A stretch of 64,000 bases of DNA from Lama glama (Eukaryota): positions 60,326,001 to 60,390,000 of the forward strand of contig CM052828.1 in assembly GCA_028534125.1 (NCBI GenBank). Direction: 5' to 3'. Position numbers and translations under genes: made by a program. Positions within the stretch are counted from its first letter, which is position 1. Every line of letters starts with the position of its first letter. This document shows, piece after piece, positions 25,689 to 37,659 of this stretch. The notes under the pieces were generated by a model that worked only from the letters and a program-made list of their open reading frames with translations, was not told the origin of the DNA and did no database searches.

Positions 25689-26338
25689 TGTTCCTCAAGA
25701 GCTCAGCTGGGCTGAACGCTGAGCTGCCAGGTGTCCGAACAGCTGGTTAAGAAAACAAGCTGAGTGGCAGAGACAGAGTCAACTTCCGTCACCTGCCGTG
25801 ACAGTGTGAGCAAGAGGCTGAGCTGGAGAAAGAGCTGGTGCCCACTCTCCATTTTGCACGTGGGATGGCACCAGCCCGGCTCCAGTGGACCAGGGCGGAC
25901 ACGGGGGCATCTCACTGCCGAGGGAGCCCGGAACGAAAGTCCCCTGTGGTTTTATGGACCAGGGGCTCGGGGGAAGCAGGGGGCAGTGCTGGGAGGGGAC
26001 AAGGGGTGACACAGCGTCAGAGCAGAGCAAGGTGTCTTGGAGATTCCCTTTCCCCCACAACAAGGAGATCCTGGCATTGGCACCTGAGGAGGCCCCACGT
26101 AAAGAGGCCCCAGATAAAGAGGGGTGCCCAGGCTGGGAATGTGGGCGTGCCTGGCAGCAGGGCTGGCCTGAGTGCTTGGAGCTGCAGTGCCCCTGGGAGA
26201 CCACGATGTGTGGGCTGCACCCCACGTCTGGGCTGGGAGGGCACTTCCCCTGTGAGGCCTGTGGTGGAGCCCCCGTCATTGCCACGGCCGGGCTGGAAGG
26301 GCTACCCGTGGCCCTGGGGCCCGGAGCTGGGCTCCTCA
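25689..26338. mobile_element. Candidate solo LTR inserted into the L1
   Basis: 650-bp GC-rich segment with TG...CA ends that interrupts otherwise colinear L1 sequence; family not recognised. Confidence 0.45.
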
Positions 26339-28550
26339 GCTGCGTGTGGGGACACAGCGTGACTCTGAGTTGTCGCCTGTGGGCTTGCTCTGCTCACTTA
26401 GTAGCTCTAGGTCGTTGGGAAGATTTTTGTTTGATTTGTATTTTGTACCTGGACAGTCACGTCATCTGCAAGTAGATCTGTTGGTCTTTCCTTTCTCTCT
26501 CCCCCCGTCGCACCGTGTCGAGCCTCCCGTGCGACGCTGAGTGGCAGCGCTGAGTGTGGACGTAGGGGCTTGTTCCGAGACTCGGGGAAGCGTTCAGCGC
26601 CTCGTCGCCCGCCGTGATCGGGTGAGCGAAGGTGGCCTCTGTCAGGTGTAGGAAGTTCACACCTGCTGCTTCTTTACCGAGAGTTCAGATTGTGAATGGA
26701 CGTTGAATTTTGTTCAGTGTTTTTCTGCGTCTCTTGAGATGATCATGTACCCTTTCATTTTTAGTCTCTAAATGTGGGGCAGTATATGGGTTGATTTTCA
26801 AATGTCGAGCGCTCCCTGAATCCTGCGAGTGAGCCCTAAGTGGCCGTGCTGTATTAGCATTTCGTGCATCACCGGGTTCTCCTTGCTGCCTGCTTTCTGC
26901 CTTTTCCATCTGTGTTTCTTTCTTTTTCCTTCTTTTACTGCATTCTCTTGGGTTAGTTGGGCATTTTTTATGAGTCCATTTAGTCTTCTCTCTTGACTAA
27001 TAATTTATACCTTTTAGGAAACATTTCAGTAGTTGCCCTAGTGTTTAAAATATAAATAGCAAATATACATTTAAGGGTTGAGTCTCCCAGTAGGTGATTT
27101 TATGCCCACTTCAGTGGCATGCGAGACCCTTGCAGCAATAGGTGACCAAGTCCTGTCTCCCCTCTTAAGCGCTGTCTCACTTCACAGATCCTATAAACAC
27201 ACAGTATGTTGCTACTGTTTCTTTCTCTTTCAACCAGGGGTTAGCAAAGCTTTCATTAAAGGTCCAGACTGTGAACATTTTAGCTTCACGGGCTCCGTGG
27301 CAGCTGCCTGCTCCCCCCGCAGAGCGCTGGGCCCGGGCTGCGCGGCAGGAGGGCCAGCCAGAGCACGGGCAGGTCTGACCGATGGCACGGCTCTCTCACC
27401 CCCACCTTTCAGACGACGTAAAACCTGAAAAATGGATTTACGTTTACCTTCATGTGCTGATTCCAAAGCTTTGTGTAGAGCCAAGTTTTAGTCTGACACA
27501 CACACACGTGTGTATATATATATGTATTTTGTTTGTTTGTTTGTTTGTTTTGTTATTGGGTCCCTCTGCTGACACTGAATTCTCTCAGTTTTGGTTCTTC
27601 CCCGAGAATGTCTTCTTTCTCCTGTATTTTTGAAATACATTTTCTCTGGGTGTAGAACTCAGGGTCAACAGTTTTTCCTCCTCTGCAACGTGAGGGTGCG
27701 GGTCCTTGGGCTCCAGTGTCCCTGTGCACGCGCAGCGCCCCCTTCCTCGAGCTGCCTTCGGGACGGCCTTCACTTCCTGTCTTCAGTGGTTTAACACGCC
27801 GCCTCAGGGGCTGGTTTGTTCCGTATTTTTCCTGTCTGGTGTCCTCTGTCTTTCTGGATCTGTGGCGTGGTGTCTGCCGTTACTTCTGGGGATTCTTGAC
27901 AGTGTCATTTCAGGCACCCCTCTGCCCACCCTCGCTCCTGTCCGCGGGTTTTGCGGTCGTGCCCGCTCTGGTGTTTGCTGTAGTCCCACGGCTCTTGGGG
28001 TCTGTTGTTTTTTATGTTTTGCCTTTCCTGTGCTTTTCCTCTTTGTACTTCGACTTGGATGATTTCTGCTGACCCGCCTTCCTGTGCAGTGAGTCTTCAG
28101 AGCCTGGGAGGAGTCCGCTGCCGAGCCTTCGAGGCCGCCCTCCTCTCTCTACAGTGGGTTGTTCATTTCTAGCCTTTCCAGGTGGTTTTTTCTTAGTCTC
28201 TCTCCTGAAATTCCCATCTGGTCTTGTGTGTGACACCCTTTTTCTATTAGAGCCTTTAACATACTAATTAGAGTTATTTTAAATTCCCTGACAGACAGTT
28301 CCAGCAGCTGTTACCTATCTGAGTCTGATTCTGATGGTGGCTCTCTCTGGGCAGTGTGTGGGTTTCCCTGGCTTTCCTGGCAAGCCTCGGGGTTTGTGTG
28401 TGAAAGCGGCTCTGCTGCACCGGCCAGCAGGGGGTGAGGTGTGGCTCTCGTGCCTGGACAAAGGTGTGCCGTTCTTTCTGCTGCACCTGCAGCGTGAGGT
28501 CTGCACCCGTCTGGCTGGGAGTCAGGTGGGTCTGTGACCTGCCACTCCCA
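26339..28550 (-). mobile_element. Continuation of the old L1 (ORF2 RT region, inter-ORF and ORF1 remnants)
   Basis: Minus-strand translation 'KTLNKIQRPFTI' (ORF 26685-26909) matches L1 ORF2 'KAFDKIQHPFMI'; 27560-28340 ('gaattctctcagttttgg', 'ttttctctgggtgtagaactc', 'ttctggatctgtgg') reads as antisense L1M ORF1 region. Confidence 0.8.
27235..27405 (-). mobile_element. MER58A (hAT-Charlie) fragment nested in L1
   Basis: 'caggggttagcaaagctttcattaaaggtccagactgtgaacattttagctt' matches the antisense MER58A end 'caggggtcggcaaactttttctgtaaagggccagatagtaaatattttaggctt'. Confidence 0.8.
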
Positions 28551-28591
28551 TAGCTGCCCGCAGTGCACTGCCGGCTTCAGACTCCTGCAGG

Positions 28592-28806
28592 GACCTCTCG
28601 GGGTGGGGAGGGGAGGCTGGCTGCGCAGAGACCTCTCGGGTGGGGAGGGGAGGCTGGCTGCGCAGAGACCTCTCGGGTGGGGAGGGGAGGCTGGCTGCGC
28701 AGAGACCTCTCGGGTGGGGAGGGGAGGCTGGCTGCGCAGAGACCTCTCGGGTGGGGAGGGGAGGCTGGCTGCGCAGAGACCTCTCGGGTGGGGAGGGGAG
28801 GCTGGC
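28592..28806. repeat. 37-bp G-rich minisatellite, about 5.8 copies
   Basis: Unit gacctctcgggtggggaggggaggctggctgcgcaga starts at 28592 (one extra G), 28630, 28667, 28704, 28741 and 28778 (partial). Confidence 0.98.
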
Positions 28807-30049
28807 CTGTTCAGTTCCTCAGCTTGGCCCTCCCTTGGCACGGTGCCTCGGATGGGGCGTCTTGGCTGCTCTCGCTCATCTCCTGTCCCTCTCCCAGCAG
28901 GGTTCTGCTGTTACTTGTGGTTTGAAGCTCCTTGGCTTGTGGTGGTGGTGGGCGGGGGTGTGGCTCCTATGGTTCTGATTGAGGCTCGTTTCTGGGCGTC
29001 ACCGTCTCCCGGGCCTCAGGGTGTCGGTTTCTCAGTTCCCCTGCCCCTGCCCTGCTCCAGTCCCGCACTCAGAACTTAAATTTAAAACCCAGGAGTAGGG
29101 CCCCCACGCAGCCTCCGTCCACCTGCAGGGCGGGGCCGCCAGTGCGCCGCGGCCTGCGGAGCTGTTGCCTGTAACGGACGGCGGGGAGGCTCGGGTGGGG
29201 TCTCTGGCTGCTGTTCCTGCCCTGGATCTTCACCAGCGGGGCCACTTCTCAGGCTCTTTCCGGTTGTTTCCATGAGCACTTGGTGGGGCTAACAGGGAAA
29301 GGACCTGCCAGACTAGGTGGCCTCCCCGAGTCTCTGCAGCCGCAGGGCTCAGCCGTGCCCCGCGCCCAGCCACCCCCGCAGACTCTCACACCGGGGTGTC
29401 TTGTCGTGTCTGCTGGAGGTGGCCGCACGTGTGCCTCTCCCTCTCCCTCTCCCGGCCAGGACTGTGTCTCCTGAAACCTTAGGCCATTGTTTGCTCTGTG
29501 ACCTCAGCTCCCTGAAGGTTTGAGCAAAGCTGTGGGTTTGAAGCAAGGCTCTTTATCACTGTACGAGTGGGGACAGCGTTCCTTCCAACTCGACACGTCC
29601 TGGGGTGGGAGCCACAAGTCTCCAGGGTCCTCCTTTTAGCAGCATGTGCAGGCGGGACCACAGGGCCCAGACCTGGGGCCCCGCGGTCCTGTGGCTCTCA
29701 GCCTTGGCGCCAGGTCAGCATCGGCGGAATGCACAGGGGTCAGGCCCAGGCTTCGGGGTTTTGTGAAGCGCCCCAGGTGGTGCCCATGTGCAGCCAGAGC
29801 CGGGAACCTGCGTCCAACCCTTCAAGAGCCTGTTGCTTGTCACCTGTGCTGGTCACACTGGGCCTCCCCGCCAAGAGAGCCCCTTCTGAACTGACGGTGG
29901 CCGCTCTGTGCTTATCCATGCAGAAGAGTGCGAACACCACCGGCCTCCTTGTCGCTTTTCCCAACACTGTGCCTCAAAATTGACTCCAGGGGGATGAAAC
30001 AGTCTTGATTTCTCTGTTTGGCTGGTGACGCTGACGCGGGCCTGCCGGC

Positions 30050-30350
30050 GGGGCTGCTAATTGGTACCCGGTGTTAGTGTGCTTTCTAGAAACAGAAATA
30101 AAATCAATCTCATGTAATCGTCACAATTTGGGGATATGTGTATTTTTTCTTTACTTCCCAATTTCCCAATCCAACCTCCTGTTACAGTTTTTCTTCTTTT
30201 CATGCAGTTGCTGTTTGGCATTGAACTCTGTCACTGTCAAAAAAGCACTGTGTTTTGGCATTTGGTTCCCTCATTCCTTTCTTAAGAGCCAACTGCTTTA
30301 CTTCATTATTGCCCCAGAGTTAGGTTCATTGAAACAGCTTGAACTAACTC
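30050..30350. promoter_or_regulatory. AT-rich CNE-like block
   Basis: 'gctaattgg', 'aataaaatcaatctcatgtaatcgtcacaatttg' and 'ctgtcactgtcaa' in unique sequence. Confidence 0.35.
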
Positions 30351-31114
30351 TTGTCTCAGAAGAAGTGTGTTCCACTAAATACTGTGTGTTTCAGACGGTG
30401 CCACTCGACATTCCCTGTCTTCCTGCTGCAGCCTCCACTCCGCCCTAAGCGTTTGGATGTTCCAAAGCCAGCCAGCGGCGGGTGGGGCCTCACCTGTCCT
30501 CCCCTCTGCACATTTGACGAGGGTGAGGCCGTCTCGTGCTTCCTGTGGGCCGTCTCCGTGGTCTTGCACAGTCTGATGGAATATGTGGAACCTCGGGATG
30601 TTCCAGGACAGTGCTTCTCATGCGCATGTGTGCCTCCGACCCCCGGGCGTCTGTTCCATCGCAGGGGGCAGGGGGTGGAGGTGGCCGGGGCCCGCGTTGC
30701 TGGCCGGCTTCCGGCGGGTGCTGGCCCTGCTGGCTCCTGGACCTCACGGGGAGCATCAGCCACAGGAACCAAACAGAATGGTCAGAAGCACATTTCATCA
30801 GTTTCTAGGACTGTTTATCCTCTTGCTTTTCAAAAACCCCAGCGCAGATTGTAAGGTTCAGATTAGCATTGTGCGATTTTCTTCCCTGACTGTATCCTGG
30901 AGATTCTCCTGTGGTTCCGGGAGGACAGGCCCAGAGCAGACATGCGGCGTCCATCACTTGAGAGGTCAGCGGGCTCTCAGGAGGGGAAGGGGGTGAGATG
31001 AGCTGGGGGGCAGGCGGAGGTCAGCCGTCAGCAGTAGCCTCCCCCCCGGCCTTTCTTAGCTTCTCTTGCAACACAGACCCGTCCCTGGGCTGGCGTCTTC
31101 CACACACATGCGTG

Positions 31115-31208
31115 GAGAAACCAAGGATTCGTGTGACTCGCTTTATTCTGATTCTTGATTTACTTCGTGGTGTAGAACGGAACCCACAACATCTCCGAGG
31201 TGGGCCTG
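31115..31208 (+). mobile_element. Tigger1 (TcMar-Tigger) 3' terminal fragment
   Basis: 'ttcgtgtgactcgctttatt...gtggtgtagaacggaacccacaacatctccgaggtgggcctg' matches the Tigger1 end 'ttcgtgtgactcgctttattg...gtggtctggaaccgaacccgcaatatctccgaggtatgcctg'. Confidence 0.9.
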
Positions 31209-31209
31209 T

Positions 31210-31702
31210 CCCCGAAAGAGCAGGAGTGAGGTTGCAGACAGGTGTCAGGACTCACAGCGGCCAGAGGACAGAAGCAAGCTGGGTGTCCATCAACAGATGA
31301 GCAGACAAAGGGTGGTGTGCCTGTACGTACGGTGGAACATCAGTCCGCCTTAGAAGCGAGTAGATTCCAGCACAGGCCGCGACATGGACGATCCTTGAAG
31401 AATCGATGCTCGGTGCAGCAAGCAGACACAGAAGGACGAATTCTGTCTGACTGCACTGATAGGAAGTACCTGGCATGGCCAGACCCAGAGACAGAACGCA
31501 GAACCGAGGTGGTGACCGCGGCGGGGGCAGGAGACGGGAGTGAGTGAGTGAGCGGCACATGACCTGGGACGGTGGAAAGTTCCGGGAGGACGGCAGGGGT
31601 GGCGGCAGAGCAACGGGAACGTACCCGGTGCTCCGGGGCCGCCCTCCTAGAGGGGTCACAGCGGTGCCTTTGTGTTACGTGTGTTTCCTACGATAAAAAT
31701 AA
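31210..31702 (+). mobile_element. L1MB-like 3' end (ORF2 tail and 3' UTR), GC-shifted
   Basis: 'gtgtccatcaacagatga', 'acatggacgatccttgaagaatcgatgctcggtg...agacacagaaggacgaattctgtctgactgcact', 'gagacagaacgcagaaccgaggtggtgacc', ending 'tgttacgtgtgtttcctacgataaaaataa'. Confidence 0.85.
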
Positions 31703-31924
31703 CGAACCAGGAGAGCTGGTGGCTGTCAGGAGGACCGTCTCCAGGTGGAATGCCCCTCTCCTACTGCACAGGCCTTTCCTGTGGGCGACTGTAATTCATC
31801 TTTTTTTTAAGGAAAACGCAGGATACAAAAGATACTAAGGTTATTTTGCTCAGATTCTGTTCTCAGATACTCTAAGAGTTGTGTCAGATGTGGGTTGTTG
31901 CTTTGCGCATGGAAAATACAAGCT

Positions 31925-32030
31925 GTGATGGAATCTCGGGTTGGAAGGGACCGTAGGAGGTCACCATCTCCTGCCCGTGTGCAGATACCGTCTCCCTTAA
32001 ATTATCCAAGGTAGACGGCAATGTGTTCTT
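31925..32030. mobile_element. Ancient MIR3/L3(CR1)-type fragment
   Basis: 'gaatctcgggttggaagggaccgtaggaggtcac' resembles the shared 'agagttggaagggaccttagaggtcatc' motif. Confidence 0.45.
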
Positions 32031-32984
32031 CTTATGAAAAGGCTCTTTTCATATCCCATTTCAATTTTAAGCATTTCACGGACATGGGAATATTCTTTAC
32101 AGATAACCTCAAACAGTCTCTCTGTCCAGAAGAACATGCACAGAGGCCCACGTGGCAGCGCCCGTCTTGGGCACGGTGGGGCTCAGAGGTGGGCAGTGAG
32201 CAGTGAGGGAAGTCATGGCTCAGTCCGGGGAGGGGCTGGCGCGGCCTCGGTTGCGTCTACGCCTCACCCTGACCCCTGAACTAGGGGGGCGCCTGGCAGC
32301 CATCTTCCAGTCGGAGTATGGACAAAATATAGGGACCGAAGATGCCTCCCAGCGTCTCCTCCCCAGGCGTGCGGCCCCACTCCCGCTCTCGCCTCTGTCC
32401 GCGCATCGTTTTCCCGCTGCTGGATGTCCTCCTGACCCCCCTCCGCCAGCCCAAGCACTTCCCCACGACCCTCCTGCTGTGCACCTTGCAAATGAGCACT
32501 GTAGTGTGGGAAGGCTCCGTGGAGTTCAGAAGTCATGGAATAAATGCACTGTTTTCTTCCCGCTGCCCCAGAGCACGCCTAGAATTTACCGAACTGACCG
32601 ATTTCGTCTTCCCTTCCAGAAAGCCCCTCGTCCGCAGGAGAGATCAGATCTCGGTGTCACGGCGGGAGCAGTCTCTAGTCGGTGAGCGTCTCCGCTGAGA
32701 GGCATTGCGAGCACACGTGCAGTTTATCAACCGTAGCACCTCAAGTTCCTGGCACGTTTCAGTTTGCCGTTTCCAAGGTTAACACCTGTCCGCATTGCAT
32801 TATCTGGTCACTGATTGAAAGTATTTATCTGGGACGAGAACTGATCCTTTGGGGAACACGGCAGTTTATCAGGTCAGTCTGTCCCTTTATTCATGGCGCC
32901 GTTGGTGACTCTTCCCTCTGGTCCGTGTATCAGTTTGCCTAGAAGGGGCCCCTTTGTGTCCTTCAGGGCAGACGGAGCAGGCGT

Positions 32985-33066
32985 TGCCCTGTAGCAAGGG
33001 AACTGGGGCTCAGGAGATCTTTTTCCCAGGTTAGCCAGGCTCAAACCCACGTCTTTGGGCTCTAAA
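32985..33066 (-). mobile_element. MIR fragment
   Basis: 'gggaactggggctcagg...agccaggctcaaacccacgtctttgggctc' resembles MIR 'gaaactgaggctcag...agccaggattcaaacccaggtctgtctgactc'. Confidence 0.45.
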
Positions 33067-36000
33067 CACATCACGTCATTGTAGACCCAATATGAGCAAG
33101 AACTCCAAGTTTAAAACAGGGCGGGGGTGCGGGGTGGCATCCTGTGGGCCGGCAGGGGAAGGAAGCCCCGTGTTCCGCCCGGGACTCCTGAGTGTGGCGC
33201 CTGCCTCTCTCCGCCTCCTGCCCCTGCTGCTCTGCTGGCGCTGACCAGCGGAGGGAAGTCCAGGGCGCTGGGTGCTGACGCAGAGGCCGAGTGGCTGCCG
33301 CGATAGCGTGCGCCGTCGTTGACCCGTTTAATCTGTCGTTATCTGCCACGTTGCGGGTTGGCTGAGAGCAACCGCATTGCCAATCTATAAAGCTGGAGTT
33401 CCTCCCTGGGTGGTAATTGACCGGACTGGTGTTTCTATTGGCGGGTTTTTTAAAACCAGGGCAAAAATGGGTTGCGTCCAAGTACAGCGTTTGGTTGTGT
33501 TAATAAATGTGATCATCAGGTTTGGGTGAACGACCGCAGGCCTCCCCCGAGGGGCCTGGGAGCCCAGCTGCCGGGTGCCCGTGGCCGCAGGGAGCCCCAG
33601 GCCGCGGTCCCAGATGCAGGGCCTGTTGTGCAGGACTGTTTCAACTCTGCCCCTGGAGTTGTTTGTTCCAAAAGAGAGTTTTACATGAAGAGTCATGTGA
33701 GAAAGACACGCTGCTTCCCTACCCCGCCTCCCCTTCGTAAGTCATGCTGGAACTCGAGCACGGGGGGGGGGGGGGCAGGAACTCCCTCCGGTCACAGAGA
33801 AGAGCCTTTCCAGGCTGGGTTGCTGGCTGACCAGTGTAAGCTTGTCCGGTTCTCAGTCACTGAAACAAATTGGGGAGGGGAGACCCATCCTTGGAGAGGC
33901 CCATCTGGGGAGGAGGCCCAGGCCCTGCTCTGACCAGCTCCAGGGACGTTTGCTCAGCTCAGGGCTCCTTGACCTCCTTCATGGGGCTCAAACAGGTCGC
34001 CCACTCGAGCAGAGGCCCCGGCCGACTGGCACCAGAAGCAGCCACACTCAGGCACGGCTCTGTCCCTGCCGCGCCAGAAAGCTGCTCTGGGGCAAGTCCT
34101 CCTGCCTCTTTCTTCCGCAGGCCTCCTCGCCACCCTGCCGGTTACCGTGAGGGCTCGAGACGGGCCCCCCGAAGCAGCGACCTCCCAGCACAGCCACACC
34201 AAGGCCAAGCGTGGTTATCCACGTGGCCACGTTTACTGTGATGTTCTTCCTCAGGCTTTGACTCTTGGAGGTCCCATTTAAAAGCAGAACACAGAGAAAG
34301 CGTGTGATGGCACTGGGTTACGTGGGAGGAGCGGGGGTCAGTTCTTTGCCCCGAGCTTGCGGGGTGGCTGAGTGACCCTGGGTGTGTAGACGTCCCCATC
34401 GGCTGAAGCCCAGTGCTGGGGCGGCAGCCCACGCAGGGACGGTGTCCTGTCCCTGGTCCTGTGAGGGCTGGGCTTAGGGCCTCTGTCACAAAACAACATA
34501 TTTGGAGACACCATGTCAGCCCAGTAGCGTCTTCGATGCCGCGGACGGGGTTCCTTCCTCCGTCTGGGGGCCTGTGGGCTGCTCTGCGCAGAGGCCCCCG
34601 AGGCAGGATCTGTGGTGCTTCTCAGGAGGCCGGGGAATAAATTCAAGGGCTTCCCTCTGCCCTCGGGGCCTTAGAGCTGCTGTAACATCCACCTGACGCT
34701 CGGGTTGGCTTCAGATGCCACGGCCCCGTCTTCTCTGTCTGCAGGATCACCCGACAGAGTAAACAGGCGGAAAGTGCTTTGCAGCTTCCAGCTCGAGGCC
34801 CTTGCTGCGACGCACGCCTTCTCGGCGGTTGCTCTCCCGTCTCTATTTCTATGACTCCCATCACCATGGAGTCTCGGGTCCCGGCAGGAACAGACTAAAA
34901 ACAGCAGCTGGGGGCGGGGGGTGTGCCCTTCCTGACTTCCGCCCCGGGAGTTCTGTTCCTCAGGGAGCAAAGTGGGAGCAGGAGTGACTCCCTCCCTCCC
35001 TCCCAGGCCCCCACGGGGGCACCGACCTTCAGACCTCGGCACCGGGCCGGTTCTGCGCCTCGTCTTACCTCCAAGAGGCGGTGCTGGTCCAGGCGGCTGC
35101 AGCCACAGCCCCACTCGGGCCTGGGCGCCTGCGGCTCCCCACCTCCGCGTGCGAGGGAGGCCAACCAGGCCAGGTGCTGTGCTGGGCCTGGGGACACGGG
35201 GAGTCACGCGCGGCCCTGTCCTCCGGGAGCGGGCAGGCTGGTCGAGGCAGAGTTGCCAGAGACAAGGGCAGTGGCCGCCGCCAGAACGTGCTGGGGCACC
35301 TGGGGGTCCCCGAGGCCGTGCGGGCGGAGTGACCCTTGGTACACACAGAAAGGCCTTTTCCATGGTGCGTGTGTGCGTTGGAATTCGGAGTTCAGCTCCC
35401 TCCTGTGGAAAGGGCCGTCTCAGCAGAACTGTCTCAGACGTGTCCTCATTTGTGAGCACGTCCTGAGCGCAGCTGGAGTTGATCCCGTGGTGAGTGGCCG
35501 GGAAGGCGGGTGCTTCAGCCGCGGTCTGATGGGCCCGACCGGGGAGCCACACCTGGGGCATCTCCAGGATGAGCCCGCAGCTGGTGGACGAACGGAACGC
35601 CATCATTTCAGAGCTAGGTGAACTGAAGGGGTCAAGGCGGAGACGCCCTGGGTCCCAGCCGCCCGTCCCCGGCGCTGCGGGCTCTGCTCCGAGGTCACGC
35701 CTGCAGGACCACCTGTACTGAGTGGCTGCCCCCTCACTCCTGCCACGCTCCCTGGGAGGGGTGTCCCCAAGTCCTCACTAGCCCTCAGAGGGTGGTGTGC
35801 TGGGCTGTGTGACCATTTACACTTTAAGACACGAGGGTTTATGAACTGGAGGAACCCGGCACCTAGAGACAGCATTTCCTTCCAGCCTCGAGGGGCTGAG
35901 GTCGCAGCTTTGTTTCCTGTTGCTCGTCGCGTGGCCGCCAGTCTCTCTCCCCCTCTGGAGAGTAGCTCCGGGCTAGGAGCACGGGGGAAGCCACAGCTTC

Positions 36001-36114
36001 CAGCCAGCGTTTCCTGGGGAGGGGTTTTGTTGAGTCCGGCCGTAGCAACCATCTGAAGAGACTTCCGGGGTGAGACTTGACCAGCTGAGCCGCGTCTGGA
36101 GGTCTCCTTGACCG

Positions 36115-36500
36115 GGACGGCTGAATGGCGTCCCCCCAGGTACACTGGAGTTCTAGCCCCCAGTGCCGTGAACAGGAGCTTAGCTGGAGGTGGGCCTGTG
36201 AGGATGCGAGGAGGGAGGGAGAGGCGTTGGGGTGGCCCTGCTCCAGCATGACGGGTGTCCGTGCCAAGAGGGGGCGTCTAAACAGAGACACGTGGAGGGA
36301 GACGGTGTGAAGACGGGCAGAAGACGGCCACCTGCCAGCCCAGGAGGGTCGGGGCCGCCAGTCCTGGGAGAGGGCCTGGCGGGTCCTCCCTCGCGGCCTC
36401 AGGGCTCAGTGCTGCTGACACCCCGGCCCCGGGCTCCAGACTCTGAGATGTACGTTCCTGTTACTGAAAGCTGCCTGCACTTCCAGTGCAGCCCGGGGGA
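36115..36500 (+). mobile_element. MLT1-family (ERVL-MaLR) LTR
   Basis: 'ggctgaatggcgtccccc', 'gggtggccctgctccagcatgacgggtgtcc', 'gtgtgaagac...gaagacggccacctgccagccc', 'ctgctgacacc...ctccagactctgagat' are colinear with MLT1B/C. Confidence 0.8.
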
Positions 36501-37659
36501 CGGATTCGCCAGCCAGTAGGCCCTGTGGCTCCAGGGTCCTGGGAAGCCCTCACGGACCCTCACCAGCCCGTCCCAGGAGTGTTTAGGGAAGAGTCTGGAG
36601 ACGGAGGAAACCTCTGGCAGGAAGGACTGCGCTGCGCTGAGCGTGTGCCGCTGGCCTCTGGGGGCGGCGGCCCTGTTCCTGCGCGAGGCCCGGGGCGGCT
36701 TCGGGGGACTTGCCGGCGGTGAGGGCGCAGGCAGGCCCCGGGCCGTGCTGTCAGTGAAGACGGAGCCGGTGCCGGCCTCCGTCTTTGCGCTTATGGTCCT
36801 CCATTGGCTCGCATGCGTCCTGTGAAAGCCTGTCGTCAGATTTGGCCACTTTCTTCCTTCCGTTCTGGCTGTGAAAGTGCTCGCTCGCCTGGACCGCTTT
36901 CGGTTTCTTTGCTTGGAAAACCCGGACGACTAGAGTTAAATCACACCATATGCCAATGCACGCGCGTAGCCGGACAGAGATTTCACAGGCAACCTAAGTG
37001 CTCTTCCCCTCGGCAGACACGACCCTGGGCTGTGGGACAATAGGTTGTCTGCCCCCAAAGGTCCAGGAAGGGCGTGGAAGAGGAGCCACGGCCCCGGGGC
37101 CGCCGCTGCAGGGAGCGCGCAGCTGTCCTCCCGGCCCGGGAAGTGCCCCGGGCCTGCCCCCTGCCGTGCTCGTGCGGCGTGGCGCTGCCGAGTCTTCCAT
37201 TCCCGCACGCGTGACCCTGGAGGACACACGTCCCGTGTCCTGGGGCGCCTTGTGGTCTCAGCACGGTCCTGCGCTCGGGAGCCACTCCTAGGCAACAGCA
37301 GGCACCGGACGTAGAAACACCGCCCCCTGGATTAGATGGGACCCCCTCCCTCCCTGAGTGGAGGGGTGTGTGGTGGGGGGACACGTGGACCACGGAGCGG
37401 AGTTTTCACCGGGAGTGGACATCAGCCCAGCTCCTTTAACAAGGATGGTCTGATTGTACCATGTCTTGCACTGAGCAGACAGACAGTAACCAGGAGACGA
37501 ACGTGTGCCCTGGGGGTGAGCCTCACGGCCTGGCGCTGCTCCGACACTCGGACGAGTGAGCGAGTGAGTGAAAGGGTGAGAGGAGACAACCGTGTTCTGG
37601 ACCCAACGCCACGGCCTGTGTGGCCCGCCAGCACAGGCCCTCCTTCCGTCTGCTGTGCA

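Noticed and set aside
28592-28806. CRISPR-like array, or repeat-coded protein (ORFs 28311-28841, 28534-29079)
   Set aside because: Head-to-tail units without unique spacers in mammalian DNA; the 37-bp period is not a multiple of 3, so the peptide repeats are artefacts.
35438-35489. Possible small exon (cag|...|gtgagt) encoding RVLICEHVLSAAGVDPV
   Set aside because: No polypyrimidine tract, 52 nt, and no recognisable protein match.
34671-35621. Long overlapping ORFs (311 aa on -, 232 aa on +)
   Set aside because: Pro/Arg/Gly/Ala-rich, open in several frames on both strands, no recognisable domain; expected in GC-rich stop-poor DNA.
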